Assembly: GCA_027623195.1 (NCBI GenBank)
Contig: JAQBUT010000017.1
Span: 1 to 64,000 of the forward strand
DNA: 64,000 nt
Source: Chloroflexota bacterium
GTDB taxonomy: Bacteria; Chloroflexota; Dehalococcoidia; Lucifugimonadales; JADFKI01
Direction of reading: 5' to 3'
Shown here: piece after piece, positions 57,258 through 64,000 of the stretch
How positions within the stretch are numbered: the stretch's first letter is position 1
How the letters are laid out: the number at the start of each line of letters is the position of its first letter
The notes under the pieces: model-generated
The model's database searches: none
Seen by the model: only the letters and a program-made list of their open reading frames with translations
What the model was told of the DNA's origin: nothing
Program-made: the position numbers and the translations under genes

Positions 57258-57770
57258 ATGACGACTGATATTCCTCATGAGGTGCATGGAGCGGAGCTGC
57301 CGGCGGGCGGCACCAAGCGCACCATGGTTGTGGACTGCGAGCATGTGGAAAAGATGCTGCACAAGGGCGTGCGGAACGACTTCACGATATTCTCCGACGA
57401 ACCGGAGCGCATGGGCGGCGATGACAACTATCCGCCACCGCTGACGTACATCGTCTCCGGCATAGGCTTCTGACTGCTAACCCAGTTGAAGCGGTACGCT
57501 ACAATGAAAAAACTTCCCATCGGCTCCGCAAAGGTCCACGTCGAGATGGACTACTACCTGTCGGGTTCCGTCCTGGCGGGCACGGTCAACAGCGGCGTCA
57601 CAGAGGTCCGCTCCGACTTCGAGGTCACGACGAGCGCTCCCGACGACGAGATACTGAACGTCATACGCATGGCCAAGCGCGGCTGCTTCGCCGAGCGTCT
57701 AGCGGAAACGGCGGTGCCCGTCCGAAGCACCCTGAAGCTGAACGGCCAGGAGGCGACGGACCGCCTCTAA
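57258..57770 (+). CDS. OsmC/Ohr-like protein, probable selenoprotein (UGA at codon 72)
   Basis: SDEP..MGG....P.P.......GF-UGA-L.TQ...YA...GCF; the two ORF-track fragments are in one frame; hairpin just downstream of the UGA. Confidence 0.75.
57486..57504 (+). promoter_or_regulatory. Candidate bacterial SECIS hairpin
   Basis: TTG-A-AGCG-GTA-CGCT-A-CAA; the loop starts with G about 21 nt after the UGA. Confidence 0.55.
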
Positions 57771-57776
57771 CGAGGG

Positions 57777-58712
57777 CTATATCGCGTCCGGCAGGTCGTC
57801 TTTGCCCGGCGGCGAGGCTCCGACCCTGGTGCAGGTGAACGCCGCCACCCGATTGGCGTAGGTCAACGCATCAGTCAGCTGAACATGAGTGATCGATGCG
57901 AGGTCTCCTCGGGACAGAACGTCTAGCTCGGACAGGCTATACAAAAAACCTGAAGTAAAGGCGTCGCCCGCGCCTACGGTATCGGCGACGTCCACCTGAA
58001 TCCCAGGCACACGGACCTCGATGCCTTTGGCATATCCAGTCGCGCCACCCTCCCCTTGCGTGACCACAACCACGTCCGGCCCAAGGGCCAGCCACTTTAA
58101 TGCAACGTCCGCAGCTGGCCTATCCCCAAATAGCGAGGAGAGGTCTTCCTCGCTGACCTTCACCAGATTGGCGTATGGCACCAGGCCCTCGATGCGACGC
58201 ACGTAGGCGTCACGGTGGGGCAAAAGCGACGGTCGGACATTGGGGTCCAGCGACACCACTGTCTGGCCTTGAACGCTTTTCATGAACCGCCGCAACGTCG
58301 AGCCGGTGCGTCCCAACACCATGGAGTAAGACCCGAAGTGCACCGCCTCCGTGTGCCCGGGTAACTCCGGCGGCAGGTTTTCCGGGCCCAAGTCCTGGTC
58401 GGCCGTGCCGTCCCCGTAGAACTGGAACCTTTCGCCCTCAACGTTCTCTGGGCGCACAAACGCCAGGGTACTCGGCAGGTCGGACCGCGCCACGTATCTG
58501 AGGTCAACCCCGTTGGCAGCCAGGTTGTCGGTCAGCATCTCCCCGAAGGCATCCATGGAAATCTTGCCCAGGAACGCACAGGGAATCCCCAGCCGAGCCA
58601 GTCCCACCGCCACGTTATGCGGAGAGCCTCCGGGGCGCGGGACGTAAGCAATCTCTCCGCCAACGTCCGTCGCCGTGAAGTCGACCAGCGCCTCCCCGCA
58701 CACGATTATCAT
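57777..58712 (-). CDS. PfkB family carbohydrate kinase (fructokinase-like)
   Basis: CGEALVD, GGSP.NVA.GLARLG, DPNVRP, KVSEED, DTVGAGDAF. Confidence 0.92.
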   Translation of the reverse strand: MIIVCGEALVDFTATDVGGEIAYVPRPGGSPHNVAVGLARLGIPCAFLGKISMDAFGEMLTDNLAANGVDLRYVARSDLPSTLAFVRPENVEGERFQFYGDGTADQDLGPENLPPELPGHTEAVHFGSYSMVLGRTGSTLRRFMKSVQGQTVVSLDPNVRPSLLPHRDAYVRRIEGLVPYANLVKVSEEDLSSLFGDRPAADVALKWLALGPDVVVVTQGEGGATGYAKGIEVRVPGIQVDVADTVGAGDAFTSGFLYSLSELDVLSRGDLASITHVQLTDALTYANRVAAFTCTRVGASPPGKDDLPDAI

Positions 58713-58945
58713 GAGCCGCGCAGCCTGTCGGCCAATGCCGCCTTCACGGGGGTAGTGCCGACGTCGATTCCCAACACAGCTTTTATGGTTTCCGGCAGGG
58801 CCATGTATCCACGTATCCAAGCTCAGGTTGTGGGCCAGGGACGGCACCATTATAATTCACCAACGTGACACCGGGGCCGACATTTTCTGTGTGCCTCGCA
58901 ACGCCTTGAACGATGGCAGCAATTGGCGTGGGAATAGGAATGATT

Positions 58946-59890
58946 ATGAACTATGGCTTCTACCTGCCGCACAACGGCCCAACCGCCAGACCCAGCGACC
59001 TGAAGCGCATCGCCCAGGAAGGGGAACGACTTGGCTACCACTGCATGGTGGTGGGCGATCACATCATGGTGCCCCGCAAGTCGGACTCGCAGTACCCTTA
59101 CTCAATAGCTAACCAGGTCCCATGGGGAGAGGACGGCGAACATCTGGAGCAGCTTACTGAGCTGACATTTCTAGCCGCGGTCACAGAACGCATACGCATA
59201 GTGCCCAGCGTCATGATTGTTCCCTACCGCAATCCGCTGCTTACGGCCAAGATGCTCGCCACCATGGACGTGCTGTCGGAGGGCCGGCTAACCCTGGGCG
59301 TAGGCGTCGGCTGGCTGGAGGAGGAGTTCGAGGCCCTGGACACACCGCCTTTCGCGGAGCGTGGCGCAGTCACCAACGAGTACATTCGCGCCTTTAAGGA
59401 ATTGTGGACCAGCGACAACCCGACCTTCGATGGTAAGTACTGTCAACTATCCAACATTAGATTCTCGCCCAAGCCGGTGCAGAAGCCCCATCCCCCTATA
59501 TGGGTGGGCGGCAACAGCAGGCCAGCCATGCGCCGCGCCGTGGAGCTTGGCGACGCTTGGCATCCCGTAGGCGCTACGCCGGCGACTCCGCTGGAGCCTG
59601 AGGAGCTAGCCACTAATCTGGAATACATTAAACGCCATGCCGACAAGATTGGGAGAGACCCAGCGGAAGTAGAAATCGCCATGAAGGCCCCACTGTACGA
59701 TGCCGAGACGACAGCCTCCGGCCCACGACGCCGATTCTCCGGCAGCGCGGAGCAGGTGGCAGAGGATATTTCCATATACTCCGGCGTCGGTGTCCACCAC
59801 CTAATTTTCGACACCCGCAGCCACGACCTAACGCAATCGCTGGAGCGAATGAACTGGCTGGCCCGTGAGGTTATGCCGCTGGTTGGCTAG
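58946..59890 (+). CDS. LLM class F420-dependent oxidoreductase
   Basis: GDHI..P....YPY, R.P...AK..AT.D.LS.GR..LG.G.GW..EEF, PKPVQ.PHPPIW.GG.S. Confidence 0.88.
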   Translation: MNYGFYLPHNGPTARPSDLKRIAQEGERLGYHCMVVGDHIMVPRKSDSQYPYSIANQVPWGEDGEHLEQLTELTFLAAVTERIRIVPSVMIVPYRNPLLTAKMLATMDVLSEGRLTLGVGVGWLEEEFEALDTPPFAERGAVTNEYIRAFKELWTSDNPTFDGKYCQLSNIRFSPKPVQKPHPPIWVGGNSRPAMRRAVELGDAWHPVGATPATPLEPEELATNLEYIKRHADKIGRDPAEVEIAMKAPLYDAETTASGPRRRFSGSAEQVAEDISIYSGVGVHHLIFDTRSHDLTQSLERMNWLAREVMPLVG

Positions 59891-60801
59891 CCAAGCCGCC
59901 CTCGGAGCCTGGGGTCTAGATAATCCCGCAGTGCGTCACCTAGAAGGTTGAACGCCAAGATCGTGATGGTTATGGCCACGCCAGGGAATATCACTAGCCA
60001 CCATGGTGGTCGAAATAGTTCATTGAGCACACCGCCCAGCATATTGCCCCATGTTGGTGTAGGAGGAGGCACTCCCATGCCCAAGAAGCTCAAGGCCGCC
60101 TCGGTGAATATAGCTGCGCCGAGTCCAGCGCTTGCAACTACAAAAAGAGGCGCCAAGCATTGTGGGGCCACGTGGCGTACCATGATTCGCATCTGCGAAG
60201 CCCCGACTGCCTTGGCGGCCTCTACATACTGAGATGCTTTGACCGTGAGCGACACAGACCTGATAATTCTCGCCGTACCTGGAATCCTGATCACAGCTAT
60301 CGCAAGTATGATTGTGAACAGGCCCGCTCCGAGGGCGGCTAGAAGCAACAGGGCCAGGATTATTGTAGGGAAGGCAAGGAACATATCGAGCACGCGCTGA
60401 GATAAAAGGTCGAACTTCTCACCCAGATATCCCGTCATTACTCCCCAGGCAAATCCCAACGCATCCCCGATGAACACGGAAACAAGAGCCACCAGTAACG
60501 TGATGCGCGTTCCATAGATAATTCGGCTCAGGTTATCCCTGGCAATAAAGTCGGTGCCTGCCCAGTGCTCCATTGAAGGGGGCTTTTTCAAGGCCGTGTA
60601 GAAAAGCTGACTCGGGTCATGGGGCGCTATCAGTTGAGGAAACAGACCTACTAGCAAAAGTCCGACCAGAAGAATCAGCGCGACGGATCCGAGAAGCGAG
60701 GAGCGCATAAACCCTATGACGCTGTTGAACGGGGACATGCCTGCCTCACGCACTACTATCCAGGTGCGTCGCGTATGCCCGATGTTCCCTTCTATCGTCA
60801 A
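59887..60801 (-). CDS. Peptide/nickel ABC transporter permease (DppC/OppC type)
   Basis: H..GTD...RD..SR...G.R, YVEAA.A.GA, EA.LSFLG.G, NLLGD.LRD.LDPR. Confidence 0.92.
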   Translation of the reverse strand: MTIEGNIGHTRRTWIVVREAGMSPFNSVIGFMRSSLLGSVALILLVGLLLVGLFPQLIAPHDPSQLFYTALKKPPSMEHWAGTDFIARDNLSRIIYGTRITLLVALVSVFIGDALGFAWGVMTGYLGEKFDLLSQRVLDMFLAFPTIILALLLLAALGAGLFTIILAIAVIRIPGTARIIRSVSLTVKASQYVEAAKAVGASQMRIMVRHVAPQCLAPLFVVASAGLGAAIFTEAALSFLGMGVPPPTPTWGNMLGGVLNELFRPPWWLVIFPGVAITITILAFNLLGDALRDYLDPRLRGRLG

Positions 60802-60840
60802 TCTCTGACCGTCCTTCCTATTAAATGCCGCCAGGGTTCG

Positions 60841-61797
60841 TTAATACCTAATTCGAGGATCGATCAGACCATAAATAATGTCCACGACGAGATTGATTAT
60901 CACGTAGGCTACTGCGAAGAGAAGCACCAGGCTCTGGATAACGGTCCAATCACGCGCCTGAACCGCGTAGATCAGGCTGTAGCCCAGGCCGGGAACTGAA
61001 AACGCCCGCTCCACGGCCACTGCGCCACCAAGAGTTGCCCCCAGATATAGGCCAGATAGGGTTATGGTAGGCAGTAACGCGTTTCGCAAGGCATGCCTTA
61101 CTATGATGGTCGAACTTTGAAGGCCCTTCGCCTGCGCAGTCCGGACGTAATCCTCCCTGAGCACTTCCAGCATGCTGGAACGAATCATCCTTGCAATGAT
61201 TGCCCCAAACCCCGTGCCCATTGCGATGGCAGGCCCGATGGTCATCTGCAAGTTCGTCCAAGGCGAGTCCCATAGACTGACTAGCTCCACAGGGGGCCGC
61301 CAATTCCAAATCAGTATCGTCGCGAGGATCATGGCGAGTCCGAGCCAGAAGTTAGGTATGGCCATAAGCAGAGTTACCAGACCCCGGACAACGTAGTCCA
61401 GAGGCGTATTGCGCCACATGGCGGTCACGATTCCTGCTGGAAGGCCGATGATCCACGCCAGCATTAACGCCATAATGGATATCTGAAGGGTGATAGGTCC
61501 TCGCCTGATGACCATATCGGCTATGGATCTGTCCCGCTGCCAGAAGGAGTATCCCAGGTTTCCCTTAGCTACGTCTCCCATCCAGGCCAGATACTGTATA
61601 ACGAGAGGCCTGTCATATCCCAAAGAGGCTTTGACAGACGCTAATTCTTCATCGCTAAGGACATATATCTGTCCCTCTCCGATTATCGACCTGAGAGGGT
61701 CTCCTGGAATCACGCGCATGGCCAAAAATATCAGTACTGTGACCCCGAATATTGTCGGAATCGCCAGCAGCAGCCTGCGCATTAAATAGGGCCCCAT
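60841..61797 (-). CDS. Peptide/nickel ABC transporter permease (DppB/OppB type)
   Basis: PGDP, G.LG.S, P.FWLG, RSSM.EVL..DY.RTA.AKGL, DPRIR. Confidence 0.92.
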   Translation of the reverse strand: MGPYLMRRLLLAIPTIFGVTVLIFLAMRVIPGDPLRSIIGEGQIYVLSDEELASVKASLGYDRPLVIQYLAWMGDVAKGNLGYSFWQRDRSIADMVIRRGPITLQISIMALMLAWIIGLPAGIVTAMWRNTPLDYVVRGLVTLLMAIPNFWLGLAMILATILIWNWRPPVELVSLWDSPWTNLQMTIGPAIAMGTGFGAIIARMIRSSMLEVLREDYVRTAQAKGLQSSTIIVRHALRNALLPTITLSGLYLGATLGGAVAVERAFSVPGLGYSLIYAVQARDWTVIQSLVLLFAVAYVIINLVVDIIYGLIDPRIRY

Positions 61798-61942
61798 AAA
61801 CCATCAACCTTTGAAATCGTATTCGAGAGGACGCGATAAACCCGTGACAGCCAACTACAAGTGAGTTATCAGTCAGGCTTGATTTAAACCACACGTTCAA
61901 GAGCGGCGGTGCCGGGAGCACGCGCCCAAACAAAAACCTACT

Positions 61943-61988
61943 AGCCGAGGGAGCAAAGGAGCATGCCTACCCCTCTGTTCCCTCGGCT
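61943..61988. other. Stem-loop between the substrate-binding and permease genes (mRNA stabiliser or partial terminator)
   Basis: AGCCGAGGGAGCA...TGTTCCCTCGGCT inverted repeat. Confidence 0.5.
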
Positions 61989-62016
61989 GATCATATTAAC
62001 TCAGTTCAGTTAGTTT

Positions 62017-63891
62017 CTATCTGTCCAGCCAGACTGTCTCATAGCGGCCCCAAGGGTAACCGCCGAGGTCTTCTAGCATCAGTCCCTTTACGTAAATAGC
62101 ACCCATGGGCAGTCCACTTTGTCCCTGGGCCATATAACCCGGAGGATTTTCATCCAACTTATCCATCGCCATGTGCAGGAGCTTGACACGTTCTGCCGCA
62201 TCGAATTCCACAAGCAAATTATCCAAAAGCTCGTCGAACTCAGGATTGCAGTACTTGTAGTGGTTGCCATCTGCGCCGCACCTGAAAATACCATTCCACT
62301 GTGCCGTCGGGTCTGCGACGTCAGATCCTGTGCCTGTGAGGAAAGCGACGTCCCACTCCCCGCCTACCAAGACCTCACCTTCAAGGCCTCTCTCTATGAT
62401 CTCAAGTTCTGAAGTGATACCAAGGATGTCCTCAGCCTGCTGTAGCCATGAGACTCCATAGACCTCGCCCCCGGCGGGCGTATTATTGCCCACTGCCTTA
62501 ATGTGGAACCCATCCGGGTACCCGGCTTCAGTCAGTAGGCGCTTGGCTTCTGCGACATCTGCCTTTCTACCGGCCTCATCTTCTCGCCATCCCGGCAGGC
62601 TCAATATCTCTTCGTCGGACATGTGACCGGGGACGGCCCTGGTTATCCAGCGGGCCTTGTACTGCGGAAGAGCAATGGCGCCCGCAACTTCGAGGTCGAA
62701 TTTCTTATCGAGGCCCAAGTTAATGGCCCGTCGGACACGGACATCGTCGAAAGGCGCCCTGGAATTGTTCGTCCACAAGGGCGATGCGCCATTAATCGGA
62801 GGATTGCTGCCGTGGAACTTGTCGGGCTGTGACATCGCGATTTTCCACGTTTCCTGGTCCCCGTTCCAGGTAAAGTCGACTATACCCGTTAGAACCGCAG
62901 CACCCCTATTCGCCCATACTGGAATGTGAATAGCTCTGATGCCATCTACATATGGAAGGTCGGGGTTCCAGTAGTCAGGGTTTGCCTCCATTGAGATGTA
63001 CTCACCCGGAATTCGCTCCGTAAACTTGAACGCACCGGTTCCAGGGGGCAAGTCCTCCCTAACATTCTGGTCATGGGCATCCAGGAAATGCTTGGGATAT
63101 ATGACTGGATACCCGAAATGGGGAGCAGCGCCGAGTACGTTTATAAACCAAGGTGTGGGCCGCTTGAGATCGAAGGCTACCTTGTAAGTATCAAGTAGCC
63201 TCACCTCCTCAACAGGCTCAAAGCTCTGCCTGATGGAGCCAGTGATAACTCCTTCCGGCGGATCGAGAATTCTATCGAACGTGCCAATAACGTCGAGTCC
63301 AGTAAAGCCCACGCCGTCGTGCCACTTGACTCCTTCTCTCAATGTAAAGATATAGGTCAAGCCATCGTTCGAGACCTCCCAGCTTGTAGCCAGGTCTGGA
63401 ACGACACCTCGTAGTCCATCTCCCACGTTCCGGTAAGTCAGGTTGTTGTATATATTCGTTATACCAGTGTATGCAGGTGCGCCCTGGTGCAAATCCCAGT
63501 GAGCCATCTCGACTGGGCCTGCGGTCCTGACCGTGCCACCGCGCTTGATACCGGACTCGCTGGCCTTCATAAGCCAGCCCACTTCGCTCGCATTCATCCT
63601 GATTGGCTCAGGCGTGGCCTTCGGCTCTATCAAGACTTCCCTGATAACAACCTTTTCGACCTCCCTTACCACCTCTTTCACCACCTCCCGGTCAACAGGC
63701 ACCTCTTTGATTACCTCTACCTCTTTCACCACCTCCCGGTCAACAGGCACCTCTTTGATTACTTCCTTTATGACTTCCTTTTCAATAATCTGGGGGGCGG
63801 CGGGTGCACTGCTACATGCCACCAGCGCTAACGCGACAACCATGGCCATCAGCGGTGCAAACCTCTTGAGCATTGACCTTACCCTATCCAT
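62017..63891 (-). CDS. Family 5 (DppA/OppA-like) ABC substrate-binding lipoprotein
   Basis: Lipobox VAC, PDLA.SWE.S.DG..Y.F.LR.GVKWHDG, GTG.F, PFDD.RVR.A. Confidence 0.92.
   Translation of the reverse strand: MDRVRSMLKRFAPLMAMVVALALVACSSAPAAPQIIEKEVIKEVIKEVPVDREVVKEVEVIKEVPVDREVVKEVVREVEKVVIREVLIEPKATPEPIRMNASEVGWLMKASESGIKRGGTVRTAGPVEMAHWDLHQGAPAYTGITNIYNNLTYRNVGDGLRGVVPDLATSWEVSNDGLTYIFTLREGVKWHDGVGFTGLDVIGTFDRILDPPEGVITGSIRQSFEPVEEVRLLDTYKVAFDLKRPTPWFINVLGAAPHFGYPVIYPKHFLDAHDQNVREDLPPGTGAFKFTERIPGEYISMEANPDYWNPDLPYVDGIRAIHIPVWANRGAAVLTGIVDFTWNGDQETWKIAMSQPDKFHGSNPPINGASPLWTNNSRAPFDDVRVRRAINLGLDKKFDLEVAGAIALPQYKARWITRAVPGHMSDEEILSLPGWREDEAGRKADVAEAKRLLTEAGYPDGFHIKAVGNNTPAGGEVYGVSWLQQAEDILGITSELEIIERGLEGEVLVGGEWDVAFLTGTGSDVADPTAQWNGIFRCGADGNHYKYCNPEFDELLDNLLVEFDAAERVKLLHMAMDKLDENPPGYMAQGQSGLPMGAIYVKGLMLEDLGGYPWGRYETVWLDR
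63671..63762. repeat. 48-bp-period tandem duplication encoding the EV(I/V)KEV linker
   Basis: Identical 44-bp units at 63671-63714 and 63719-63762. Confidence 0.85.
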
Positions 63892-64000
63892 AATTTCCTT
63901 CTTCCTTTTGCTAATCCCACGCGTAGGTGGCTATCAGGCGGCAAAGATTTCACTTCGGAGCGAATGCTATAGCCCTAGAGCTTGCCTGTCAACAACGAAA

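Overview
A 64-kb chromosomal window from a bacterium with mid-to-high GC. Gene content points to Chloroflexota (Dehalococcoidia/SAR202-like); this is inferred from two LLM/F420 oxidoreductases, an EVIKEV-repeat ABC lipoprotein and GAAC-N4-GTTC LexA boxes. (1) 0.5-14 kb is a DNA/nucleotide-metabolism block: HU, thyX, tex, fpg/nei, dcd with a C-terminal HTH, a DUF6504-like gene, an XRE-ImmA/IrrE pair, B12-dependent nrdJ, nrdR, ssb and a RidA-family gene, with three NrdR boxes and LexA boxes. (2) 14-17.6 kb is a DUF1800-NHL-DUF1501 operon. (3) 18-54 kb is a near-complete cobalamin cluster in two minus-strand operons. The early operon is cbiC-X-D-T-L-F-G-H-[Gly-rich lipoprotein]-cbiA-MFS. The late operon, under a cobalamin riboswitch, is cobN-two alpha/beta hydrolases-chlI/D-ABC transporter-CbiX-like/ferredoxin-cobO-T-S-cbiB-cobD-cobC-cobQ-cobU-pduX-cbiE. 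Between them lie a flavin-binding protein, a DAHP synthase with an unannotated Phe/Tyr/Trp leader-peptide attenuator, and an AT-richer two-gene islet. (4) 54-64 kb holds pth, LLM oxidoreductases, tRNA-Ala(GGC), a probable OsmC-like selenoprotein (in-frame UGA plus SECIS-like hairpin), a PfkB kinase and a peptide-type ABC transporter. The tRNA and an adjacent small GIY-YIG nuclease gene are flanked by two partial tRNA copies whose anticodon arm is replaced by a TCCCG..CGGGA palindrome. The strongest leads are the tRNA/GIY-YIG unit, the three-amino-acid attenuator, the Sec-OsmC gene, and the riboswitch-controlled CobN/hydrolase module coexisting with an early-cobalt-insertion pathway. All family assignments come from motif recognition, without database searches.
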